The notes below the pieces were generated by a model, which was not told the DNA's origin, made no database searches, and saw nothing but the letters and a program-made list of their open reading frames with translations. Below are positions 1 to 11,814 of a stretch of DNA of 64,000 nucleotides, piece by piece. Within the stretch, counting starts at the first letter, position 1. Every line of letters begins with the position of its first letter. The translations under genes were made by a program, and so were the position numbers. This DNA is from the human T2T-CHM13v2.0 reference genome, Homo sapiens: NCBI RefSeq assembly GCF_009914755.1, contig NC_060937.1; one strand, written 5' to 3'.

Positions 1-427
1 GGCTCAAGGGCCACTACCCCCGTCCTAGCTCCTGCAGTGCTCGGCCAAGCTCAGCCCTTGTTCAGCACACCAGCCCTGTGAGCCACGCTGTCCCTGGAGC
101 CTGGCTCGGAGGATGCGAGGAGGATTCTCCAGCAGGCAAGCATGGTCAGAGAGGCCACTGGGTCGCCAGATGGAGTCCCTGTGCCGATCCCACAGTACAC
201 GGAGAGGAGCAGAAAAGCGGGTGAGGCCTGGGGAGATGACATCACATGGCTGGGGCTACTCAGTGGTGAAGGGAGAGACAAAGCGGGACACTGCTCTGGC
301 TACTGGGGGGAGCAATGGTCCTTCCCACCTCTTGTGCCAGGTACAGCACTGGGGCCTGGGACCAGGACGAGCCTCAGAACACGGCTGGTGAGCACACCCA
401 CCTCCACCTGCACCCATCCCCGCTCCC

Positions 428-1350
428 CACACACACCACACACACACTCATCACACACACACTCATCACACAACCACACACTCATCACACACGCTCATCA
501 CACACACCACACACTCATCACACACATTTTACACACACCACACACACTCGTCACACACATGCTCATCACACACTCATCACACACCACACGCTCATAATAC
601 TCATCACACACATTCATTACACACATACACCACACACATGCTCATCACACACATTCTCATCACACACACCATACGCACTCATCACACACACTCATCACAC
701 ACATGCTCATCACACACGCATCACATGCTCATAACACACTCATCACACACATGCACCACACACATGCTTATCACACACATATCACACACAGCACACACAC
801 TCATCACACACGCTCATCACACACTGATCACAGACACACGCTCATCACACACCACACACACAGTCATACAAACTCATCACACACACCACACATATACTCA
901 TCACTCATGCTCATCACACACATTCATCAAACACTACACACATGTTCACACACTCATCACATGCACACCACACACTCATCACACACATTCATCACATACA
1001 CCATACACACATTCATCACACACGGCACACACATGCTCATCACACACACACCATGCACACTCATCACACACACACACATCACACACGATCACAGACACAC
1101 ACACCACACACATGCTCATTATGCACACTCATCACACGCACACCACACACAGTCATCACACACACATCCCAGACACCACACACGCCACACCATATATACA
1201 CTCAACCATCACACGCACACACACCACACACACACACCTCATCACGCATACACCTGCACACAGAGCCACACACACTGGGCCATCACACAGACACCATGCA
1301 CCACACACACACACACTCATCACACACAAACCCAATCACCTCACACACCC
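428..1350. repeat. Degenerate CA-rich microsatellite/low-complexity array (recurrent CACACTCATCACACA motif)
   Basis: About 920 bp of almost only C/A with repeated ctcatcacacac units; it generates the His/Thr-rich ORFs in all three + frames. Confidence 0.95.
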
Positions 1351-3540
1351 ATCCACCCCCATCACAGCCCCCACCTCTGCTGAATGGAGCCCCACCATCC
1401 TTCAATGACCAGCTGGCACCTCGTCCTTGACGTGCCCCATCGCACTTCCTTCTCCCGCCCACGAGGACCTCGGTAATGTCGCCCCTGAAACTGCTGCGGA
1501 ACCTGGAGCCCACTGTAACCCAGAATTGGAATCCCAGCTCAGCCCCTGCACACCTGATTGCCCGGAGAAATGCCTTATTCCTGACAGCCTCTTGGTTCTT
1601 TTCCGTCTCCGGTTAGGTGAGAAGGTCAATCTGGCCCTGCGGGTTATGTTGGGGGTTACATGAGAACCTCATTGGCATGAAGAGGCCAGGCAGGTCCTCC
1701 GACAGTGCCACAGCCCCAGGCTTGTGCCGCCAAATCACGGAGGCCTTCCGGGCCCTGAACACGAACCGGACGGGGCCTTCCCGCATTACTACCCGAATGA
1801 CACTGCTGGGGGGACCGCTCTCTGGATGCCATTGTGGCCACGTGTCGGGACGGTCGGCTGCTTGACTCCACGACTTAAAGCTAGATTTGGCCTTTTAAGC
1901 CTCTGTCTCAGTGCCCTCGGGTCCCTTCTGCAGCTCACCTACCTGTCCCTCGGCCTCTGGGGTGGGCTGGCAGGGCTCGTTCTGGGACCTACGTGGGGTG
2001 GCAGCAATGGCTGTCATGGTGCAGAGCCGGCTTCTCGGAGTGCCTGGTCTGGGGATCCCCAGGGAAGACACTGAAGCTGTCTCCTTGGCTCCCGGGCCTG
2101 TGAGGCCCAGCCAGCTCCACCCCTGCCCCACCCACCCCAAGCCCCACAGGGGTCCCCTACCTGGCAGCTCAAGCCCAGCCCCCTTTCCTGGTACCCTGAG
2201 AGGCCCCACCACCACCTCGTGCCAGTCAAGGGTGATGTGTGGGCCGCTGGGCCTTTGATCCCTGTCAGGGTCACTCAGAGAAGCCTGGGTGAACATGAAA
2301 GTTCGATGCTAAGCCACATCCAAGCCAAGACTCAGGAACAAGCAGGGACCTTGCCTGTAGTGTCCCCAACTCCTGAGCAGCTCTCCAGCTTCTGGATCCC
2401 CTGGCTCTTTTTGGCTGAGGGGGCTCCTCTTTGTAACTCGGCCAGGCCCTCTTTCCAGGCTTTTATTCTTCCTGCAGCCAGAGAGGGGGGCAGAGGGAGC
2501 CTCTGGTGCCAGCTCTGAGGCCTCTCTTGAAGCCCAGCCTGAAGGTGTCTGTCCCCACCTGCTGCTACCCCCACCCTGAGATGGGGGCTTAGAACCTTTG
2601 CCCTGGTGGCTTGCCCTGCTGGGACCCCTTCTTCTAATCTCAGAATGACCGACCCCTCGCCTCCCTCACGTCGCTGTTTCAGAGCTACTTTCTCACCCAG
2701 ATCCCCGACCTGGTGCTCCTAGTTTCCCCACCCACCTGTGCTACGTGTTCCCAGGTGTCTGCCACCTGCAGCAGGCTGCCCAGTCATTCCTCCCTCCCCG
2801 TGTGCTTTCATCATCGAGCCCCTTCTGGCCCCATCCTCCAGCTCCCGCCGTGTTGCTCAGAGCAGCTCACGGTGCACGGCGACTCCGGGGAATGGGGTTC
2901 CCACAGCTCCCCGGCTTCCATAAAGGCCACGGCGGGCTCTGCAGGGCAAGCTGGCCTCTGCGATCACTGCGCAGTGACCCCTCACAAGTAGCATTTTTGC
3001 ACTTGGGAGTCTACACGTTTTTTCATTTTAAAAGGAGTTTGTCCCTGCTGTTTGAGAAATATGCCCAGGAACACAGCCCTTCTCAGAGAGTCTGGTTACT
3101 TAAAAGGAAAGCTCTTGATTACATAGGGGAGTTCACCGTGGTGCAATGTTGACGGAGGCATGGCCAGCACAGGGCAGGAGCTGGGGGACTGACACCTCTG
3201 AGGACAGGTAGACACTCATCATAGCAGCAACACACTGCTTGCACCTGCAGAGGCCACAGGCTCAGCAGAGCTGCCCTGGCGATGCTGGTGATTTCAGGAG
3301 GTCTCTCTAGAGTGCCGGGAGATGCTGCACCCTCAGAAGTGGCCGCCAGGAGTGGCTCTGGCAGATTGAGATGGTGATTTAGCTGATCATGCCGCCGTCC
3401 GTGTTCACTCTCCATCAGAAGCCACACCTCACTCTCTTAGAGCGAGGGAGAGACACACTCAAGCTGGGGGCAAATGGCATCTGCAGAGCCAGATCCAGGG
3501 GCCAGGAGGATCGGGGACTCCCCGGGAGGAGTCTCCATGC

Positions 3541-4130
3541 CACGTGAGTCAATCAGGGAACCCTAATTGGAAAGCAGTAATACAAAGTAATTGAGTTTAA
3601 TACATAATTTAGATGGTTACTCGTTAAGCTAATGCCTCCCGCTTAGGTGTGGGGAGAAAATTATCTAGTAGACGGGGAAGATTTCATTTGTTTTTATAAT
3701 GGTATGCTCGCCAATTGACTTTAGTAAGAGCAGTTTGTTAAATCAGATTTTGAATTGGTGCATAGATTTGAAGTTCATAAGTTAGTTTTTGATGTGATAT
3801 ACTTAGCGCCTCCCTTCTTCCCTTAAAGTGGCTGGATTTATTCTCCCATGAGGCTGTGCGCTCATTGTTGTCCTGCATTATGGAAATTACATCAGTTCTC
3901 CGTGGTGTCTTCATGAGAGGCAATTTTACTCCTGACTTCTACCTTTTTTTTTTTTTTAATTTAAGAAGGGACATTAAAGAGACTCTGCTTGCTTCTTTGC
4001 GGGGCCTTTTTCCTCTTGAAAACAGTCCCAGGGCTGCAAACAAATGCTTTGGTTAAATATCAGAAAGGAACTTACTAACAACTCCTTACTAGGGTCCAAC
4101 CGTCATTCATTAACCTGTCTGATTTTCTCA
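3541..4130. promoter_or_regulatory. Candidate enhancer / conserved non-coding element
   Basis: Non-repetitive AT-rich island in GC-rich flanks. Overlapping E-box CACGTG (3541), AP-1 TGAGTCA (3545) and PBX-type TCAATCA (3549), plus TAATTG at 3564 and 3588. Motif-based only. Confidence 0.4.
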
Positions 4131-4810
4131 GCAATCCTGTGAAGTCAAGCGGCCGCTAGGAACCCAGCTCCTGTGTGTACACATCGAGGCCGTGGGCCTG
4201 GTCACGATCGGTAGCTGGGTGCTGGCCTGGCAGTGGGGACCAGGCCACACCCACAAAGCAGGTCCGCCTGGGCCTGGACCCAAGTTCATCTGGCCAGCCC
4301 AGTGATGGCGACCCTGACTCAGTTTCCCTATCAACAAAATAGGGATAAGATACTGAGTACCTAAAGGGTTTTAGGATGGAAGGAGGCAATGCCTGCCCAC
4401 GGCACGTAACAGAGCCAGTGCCAAGAGCTGAGCTGTGGGCACTGCAACTACCCCAGTAGAATGGCTCCTGGACCCCTCCCCGAACCAGCTCCCCCTCCTC
4501 CAGCAGCCATACCACCAGGCCGACAGCATCTGACCCATAGGGCCCCACCCTCACGCCTGCTTCTCACCAGCTTTGGGGACTCCAGTGGGCATCCCTGTTC
4601 TCCAGGCCTCAGCATCCTCAGCTATGAAACAGGCTGCTGAGGCCTCCCTAGGGCAACCAGCATCCCCGCCGGAGGCAGAGGGGAATCTTGCTGACAGGAG
4701 GCAGGAGACCACCCCAGGAACCAGGGTTTGCCCGGTCTCCTCTTGGGGCAGCTATCCAGGCAGAACCTCAGCCCTCAGATAGCAGGATCACGGCGAAAAC
4801 TAAGTCATCA

Positions 4811-6096
4811 TGTGTCTGAAATTGGTGGGTTCTTGGTCTCACTGACTTCAAAAACAAAGCCGCAGACCCTCCCAGTAAGTGTTACAATTCTTAAAGACGG
4901 TGTGTCCAGAGTTTGTTCCTTCTGACATTAGGATGCATTTGGAGCTTTTTCCGTTGGTGGATTCCTGGTCTGGCTAGCCTCAAGAGTGAAGCTGCAGACC
5001 TTGCAGTGAGTGTTACAGCTCATAGACACAGCACGGACTCAGTGAGCAGCAACAAGATTTATTGCAAAGAACAAAAGAACAGAGCTTCCACACTGTGGAA
5101 GGCTATCTGAGCAGCTTGCCACTGTTGGCTAGGGCAGCCTGCTTTTATTCCTTTATCTGACCCCACCCACATCTTGCTGATTGGCCCATTTTACAGAGAG
5201 CTGATTGGTCCGTTTTGACAGGGTGCTGATTGGTGCATTTACAATCCCTGAGCTAGACACAGAGTGCTGACTGGTGTATTTACAATCCTCTAGCTAGAGG
5301 TAAAAGTTCTCCAAGCCCCGACCAGATAAGCTAGATACAGAGTGCTGATTGGTGTATCCACAAACCCCAAGCTAGACACAGAGTGTTGATTGGTGCATAT
5401 ACAATCCTCCGGCTAGACATAAAAGTACTCCAAGTCCCCACCCCACTCAGGAGCCCAGCTGGCTTCTCCTAGTGGATCCCGTGCCAGGGCCATAGGCGGA
5501 GCTGCCCACCAGTCCAGTGCTATGTGCCTGCACTCCTCAGTCCTTGGGTGGTCAATGGGACCAGGCACTATAGAACAAGGGGCGGTGCCCGTGGGGGAGG
5601 CTTGGGCCACACGGGAGCCCAGGAGTTGCGGCGGGGGCGGTGTTGCTTGGGCATGGGGGTGCTGCAGGTCCCAAGCCCTGCAGCATGGGAAGGCGGCTGA
5701 GGTTCGGCGAGAATTCAACCACAGCGCGGGTGGGCCGTCAGTGCTGAGGGACCCGGCGCACCCTCCTCAGCTGCTGGTCTGGGTGCTAAGCCCCTTACTG
5801 CCTGGGGCCGGCGGCACCAGCCGGCTGCTGGGAGTGTGGGGCCCGCTGAGCCCGCGCCCACCAGGAACTCATGCTGGCCTGCGAGCACTGTGCACAACCT
5901 CGGTTCCCGCCCGTGCCTTTTTCTCCACACCTCCCAGCAAGCAGAGGGAGCTGGCTCTGGCCTCAGCCAGACCAGAGAGGGGCTCCCACAGTGCAGCGGC
6001 AGGCTGAAGGGCTCCTCAAGCGTGGCCAGAGTGGACTCCATGGCCTGAGGAGTTGCCGAGAGTGAGCGAGGGCTGCTAGCACTTTGTCACTTCTCA
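4811..6096 (-). mobile_element. Solo LTR12 (ERV9 LTR, LTR12D-like)
   Basis: The minus strand begins TGAGAAGTGACAAAGTGCTAGCAGCCCTCGCTC and ends ...CAGACACA. Tandem GCTGATTGG (CCAAT) repeats at ~5170-5400; exact 4-bp TSD ATCA at 4807-4810 and 6097-6100. Confidence 0.95.
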
Positions 6097-6367
6097 ATCA
6101 GGACCCCAGGCCTGAAGGTCATCCCTGCCTGGTTCCTGCAGCAGCCTCAGTGACAGGTGCTGGGGAAGGCCCTGATGCAGGCAGCCTTTATCTTGGCCTC
6201 CCTTGGACCCCCAGCCCCTCCAGCTCCAGTCACTGTGTTCCAATAGAGACCCCCCAGGGCACTGCAGGGAGTGCTTTCCACAGCCCCAGCTGCACCCCAC
6301 TTCCAGCTTGCCTCTGGAAACAGCCACGAATGGCAGGGTGGCACCAGAAGGTAAGCCTTTAGGGAGA

Positions 6368-6559
6368 ATGAACACAGGTCTCCACCCTCAGACAAACACA
6401 GGCCTCCACCCTCAGACAAACACAGGCCTCCACCCTCAGACGAACACAGGTCTCCACCCTCAGACGAACACAGGCCTCCACCCTCAGACGAACACAGGCC
6501 TCCACCCTCAGATGAACACAGGCCTCCACCCTCACATGAACACAGGCCTCCACCCTCAG
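6368..6559. repeat. 24-bp minisatellite, 8 copies (AACACAGGCCTCCACCCTCAGACG)
   Basis: Directly visible; it translates as eight (T/M)NTGLHP(Q/H) repeats. Confidence 0.95.
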
Positions 6560-7929
6560 AAACAGAAGCTCCACAGAGCCCCCAAGGGACCCTGGGGCAC
6601 CCTGGAAGCATCCAATGTGCACTGGAGTCACCTCAAGAGCCACGGGGACTTGGAGCCCCTTGATTCTGGGAAAGCTCTCCCCGATGGAACATTGGAATAA
6701 ATGTGTGTAGCTGTGAAACCCCCCTTTGCATAAAATCAAAAAGAGAGCCTGTGTAAAACAGATTTCTAAATACCCAAGACCTTAAGACACAGCCTCTCCT
6801 CCTGGGCACCTCCACAGCCTCTTCCTGCCCTTCTTGCCTCCAAGCTGGTGCAGCTCCTTCTAAAACATCTTGGTGCACCCAGGGTCCCCAGAGGAAGGCG
6901 GGAGCCCACGGGAGACACGTGGACAGGAGTCAGCCCCTCCACCAGCCTGCCGGGAGGCAGATGGTCGGGAAAGGGGTGCCCTACCACTCTACTACAGAAG
7001 AATCTGTTACCATGGAAGCATCCGGAGCAATAAGGAGGAGGTGACTTTGCACCCCAGGAAGTGGGGCCCTCTGCCCCAGGGATGGGTGCGCTCGTTTGCT
7101 AGGAGGGCCGTTCAGACTGAGGCACCTGGGGTGGGGGGTGCAAATCCTGGTCTTGTCCCCAAGGGCCCTGGGCATGGATGCCTTCAGCAAACTCTCCCCA
7201 AGACCCAGGCATGGGGCGAGGCAGGACCTGTCCTGGAGCTCCCAGGCTGGGGCAGCAGGGAGGGCCAAGGCGAGGGGCCCTGGTGTGTGGGAACTGCCCC
7301 AATCACCCCCAGTCCCTGACCTGAAGCTGCCCCTGGGGCTGAGGAGCCTCACTCTGTCCCTGGGCCAGGGTCCCGGGCTCCCCAGCCTGTGGAGTGAGAG
7401 CCGCAGGGCAGGGATGGTCAAGCACCAGCACCCATGGCTGTGGCCCCAGCCCCATCGCCTCAGCCTCCAGAGCCCCCAAGCCTTCACCCGGCCTTATGGG
7501 CCCCGCTGCCCACACCCTGGTTCATGGATTTGAGCCAAGCTCACCCGTCTGCCCAGTGGCTTTGGATTCAAGAGTGTCCTTGGCTCCCCCTGTCCCCCAG
7601 CCATGTCTCATAGTCCCCTGGGGTAGGCTGAAGGTCTCTGAGGGAAACCCGCTTTCACTGTGTGGAGCACAGGCCCTGGCCCACTGCGGGCCCACAGGAC
7701 TTTCTAGGAGGAGGAAACGCCTTCTTTCTTGGCTTCTCGTATGCTCCCGTGTGGGCCATGGGTGCGTGTGGCTGGCGCCCAATGTCAGTTCCTTTCATTC
7801 ACTTCCCTCTAAGCACCTCCGTGGATGAGCAGCCACCGTCCTGGACACACACAAAGTCTCAGCTGGCGTGTGGCAGGCTGTGGGGAGCTCAGCCCCTCCA
7901 CTCAGACGTGGTGGCCGTGGCCACTGTCT

Positions 7930-8420
7930 CGAACAAAAGGAAGAGCTTGTTTACAAATTGTTCATTGAAAATTGAGTTGCAAACATTGGCATCAGGCCTT
8001 GCCTGCCAGGCCACCTGGATTGGAGGGTAACTTATGAAGATTGCTTTACCTGGGGGCATGCTGGTCTATGCCTGTGAGTAATTCACACCAGGCTCATTTC
8101 AGATGCAGTCAAAGACCCCCATATTTCACCACAACAATGTAATCACAGAGCCACGTTAAAAAGTCATTACTGTTTAGAATCCAGCTTGGTTTGAAAAACA
8201 CTTACTATAAAATTCAACAGCCTTTGTAAATTACCAAAAGGTTTACTTAAGAATCCTAGGTGCCGTGATTTAGACCGGGAACTTACCACTTTATTAATTC
8301 TGTGGGATTTTGTCGGTCCCTGCATTTATAAGGCATGATTAGTGAGTGATGAGATAATAAACTCCTCCGTGCTGGTTCGGAAATAATGATGAGTTGAGTT
8401 TGCATCCTCAAATTTCTCAT
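7930..8420. promoter_or_regulatory. Candidate enhancer (AT-rich unique island)
   Basis: Unique AT-rich stretch with FOX-type TGTTTAC, SOX-type ATTGTT/AACAAT and TAAT motifs between GC-rich flanks. Confidence 0.3.
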
Positions 8421-9344
8421 GCAAACCACTCCTGCTCCAAAGAGTCCCAGATGCAACTTTGGGTGGTTTTGCAGGCAGTATGGCCATCATCTCCCAAGGG
8501 GAGAGAGCACAGGGGGAACTGGCTCCTCCGCTCACCTCTTTGTGGGATCCCGGCAGGCCTGCCCACCGCATCCCAGGAGAGCAGCCATGGAGCCCGATTC
8601 TGTTTCCAGGCCAGCTCGAAGGGTGCTGGGAAGCACTGGCAGAGCTCCTGCAGATGCAGATGCTCCTCTGCCTCTTTCGTGGCAGTCCAGGGACCAGATG
8701 TGTGTCTGCACAAGCCCTCATCACTTACACGTGGTTGAACAGGCAGGACTTGGTGAATTCCTTCTCAGTTTTGTCCTGAGAGGCAGAGAGTGTGCCCCTG
8801 GCAGCCTTGAAATGAGGGGTCATTTGGGGATCCTGAAAGCTGAGGTTCTAGCCCAGGAAGAGCCCCAGAGCCTGGCCATCCTGACACACTGACTCTCCTT
8901 CCATGCTGGGAGACAGCAGCTCTGCCCTGCCCACCTGCCGAGCAGTGGCCAGCTGGCTTTTTGCCAGGTTCTGCCCTCTGCAGCCCCAGAGCTACACCTG
9001 TCCTTTCTTAGAAGCTGCCAATGGCCATGAGTGTCCAGGACACTCTGGGAAGGACTGTAGTAAAATAGTCAATGTGTTTAATCCATGTTTCCCACTGGTC
9101 CACCCATGCCTTTGACCCACAGGACAGTGGCCACACATGTGCTTGGGAAAACCACCATAACAGGTCCAGACAAGAGTGCTGGCCTGAGCATGGGTCACGC
9201 TAACGTGGGTGGCTCAATTAAGGAACAGGGATGGACTTCCTGTCCTGTCGCCCCCACACACTCCTGCTTCTTCTAGTGGCCATTTCTGTGTGAGGCTGGA
9301 GCACAGTGGAAGGTCTGTGAACCTGTATTAAGCAAAATAGAAAC

Positions 9345-9470
9345 TAAATGTGGACTTGGACTGAAAGGAAATTGAGTTAGACAATGAAAATGGATTGGAA
9401 TGGAATGGAATTCGGATTTGAACTGAATGGAATTGAATTGGAAGTGGATTAAAATGGAATTGAACTATAA
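9345..9470. repeat. Degenerate (GGAAT/GAATT)n pentamer repeat
   Basis: ...tggattggaatggaatggaattcggatttgaactgaatggaattgaattggaag... Confidence 0.75.
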
Positions 9471-11604
9471 TCTAAACCCCAGTAGGGCAGAAAAAAATGG
9501 ACAGGCTGAGCCAGGGGAGCTGCCCTCACCCCATCTGTTCCCTGCCCTGGGGAACCCTCTGGTCAATACTGCTAATAGGAACTGAAAATTAAAATGGTGC
9601 TGATGGATTTTCTTTAATATGCACAGACGCATCTCAGAGTATTTCTGTAAAAGCAGTGACCAAGCCTGTAGAGGTCATGAGGCACCTGGGCCAAGCCCCG
9701 AGATGCTCCCAGAAACAGCACTTGAGTCGTGCACTTGAAATTCAAAGCGCTGTCCACCTTTGACAGAGCAAGCTCCTCTTGTCCGGCCACGTACAGTCCC
9801 TGAGCCACAGAAGAGGCCCCCAGAAGCCTCCTCCAGCAGACAGGAATGAGGAGTCACTGCCCGTGGGGAGGGTGCGCGGCGGCCTGCAGCCTGAGGAACA
9901 CACGTGACATGGAACAGCAAGGATTTTCCACCACGGGGTTGCTCCGTCTGTGCAGGGACCCAAGGGTGCCAAGAACACTGAAGACTTCAAGGGCCTGGCA
10001 TCAAACACTGCTCTGGGGGGTAAACAGACACCTGCTGAGAGCAAAGGGAGGGCCCCCTAGAGAGCAAGAAGACTCAGCCCTCCAGCGCCTGCTGGAACGT
10101 GGAGCTGCGAGGCCACTCATCAAGAAACGGAGCAGCGTCTGGAAGTGGGAATGGCCCTGAGACGACAGCAGCAAGAACACAGAGAATTTTGTCCCGCAAC
10201 CTCAAAGAACTCAGTCCTGGTCATGGCACTTGTCACCAGTGAGATCTGGTCTTATTTTTACAGGAAATAAACACAGTCTATGAGAATTTTAGCAGGTCCA
10301 TGGCCTTTCACCCAGCATCCCTCGGCCTGCTTCTCTTGTGTGAGAACATTCTCTTAATCAGCACCACACCATCAGCACGTTCAGGAGGCTTACAGGACCC
10401 TGTTCTGCCATCTCTCACGGTGTGGTGTTGGTCAAGAAAGTGTTCCCGGAGCAAAGCGTGCTCAGCTGACACCCGGACTGGTGGCTTTCTCTGCAACAGG
10501 GACTGTCTTCATTCTCCTGCGTCTTTTGGGCTGGATGGTTGGTCCAGCATCCACTCCACATTTCCCTGGTTTCAAGTTCTTTCCTGTGTTGAGAGGGAGA
10601 ATCCAGGAAGGACCCCCAGGCCCCATCCCCTGGATGACTCCAGTGAGGTTGGCAACGGGAGGAGCCAGGTGAAATTTGGAAGATGAGGGGGACCCAGGAC
10701 CTTTCCACCAGCTGGTGGCTTCTCCAGGTTTTCCCCCCATTCCCCCTTCACCACTACAGATGGGCTCGAGATTTTTGGCAGTTTTCTGGGTAACCCCTGG
10801 GGATCCCTGCCACAGTGATTCAGGCTGGGCCCATCCCGGCTTTCTTTCCAGCCCTTCCCACCTCACCTCCCTTCACTGGACCCTCTGCTCTACTGCTTGG
10901 AGCCCTCCATTTCCCAGCCCCGCCCAAACCCATCCATGCTTGAATTATTTTCCTATTTTTTTGTTGTTCTTCTTTCTTCTTTTTGTTTTCTTTGGAGGCA
11001 GAAACAGAAAGATGCCTCTTCTCCCTAAGCGCCTTTATCTCCATGCTCCTCTGTTCTCCCTGTGGTTCCTAGGCCATGCCACTGCATAAGGTTGCCACTC
11101 TGATGTTTCCCAAAGCTTGAGGCTCCCTTTCCCTACTGGGCTTCCAGCTCCCCAGGAAGCTCACTCCCTACCCATAGCTCCCCCGCACGTCCTGGGTGGC
11201 CCTGATGTCCCCGCTCAAACATCCATGGAGATGAACTGTTCCAGCTCTAGTGAGAGCTCCAGGTCCACACCTTGGCTGGAGAGGACCAGAGCCTCCTCTC
11301 ATCCCCCAGCCAAGTAGGCGTCTTTCTCTTCCCAGGCCCGCCAAGCCCCCTCCAGCCAGCGCTGCATTGGCCACTCCTGCTGCCAGCACCAAGCTGGCGA
11401 GGCTCTGAGCGCCGGCCCTGCTGTCCTGGGTCCTGGGTCCACCCCTGCAGAGCAAGCCCACCCATCCAGTCCCCGCCGCACCACCAGGCACAGCCCTCCA
11501 CAGCCCTCAGCAGTACAATCTGAAATCTTCGGGACTTGTTCTTCCTGGCTGTTTGCCTCTCTCCCCGCGGGGAGGCGCCTCTGAGTCCCCAGGGCCTGAC
11601 TCTC

Positions 11605-11640
11605 ACAGTGCTCAGTGATTATTTGTTGAATGAATAAATG
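11605..11640 (+). mobile_element. L2 3' terminus fragment
   Basis: gtgctcagtgattatttgttgaatgaataaatg matches the L2 terminal motif. Confidence 0.55.
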
Positions 11641-11814
11641 TCCTTGACACCCCCTCCAGCAGTCTCCCCTGCTTGCTTCTGAGCTGGTTTCTCTCTTTCA
11701 CGACTGTCCTGACTCCGCTGGCTCACTTTCCCACCCTATTCTGCGACCCTATCATCTTTTGTTTTCTTGTATTTCTTCTTAGGTTTTGTTTTTCTTCATG
11801 ATCTGTGTTCTTTG

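Noticed and set aside
315-1430. His/Thr-rich ORFs up to 256 aa
   Set aside because: Open in all three frames because the CA-rich repeat lacks stops; no protein family signature.
1430-1880. CpG-enriched patch as a CpG-island promoter
   Set aside because: Short, only modest CpG density, and no linked exon; the CpG-rich 5600-5910 segment is just LTR12 U3.
6203-6700. ORF with NTGLHPQT repeats; array superficially CRISPR-like
   Set aside because: Head-to-tail minisatellite with no spacers, in eukaryotic DNA, with no coding evidence.
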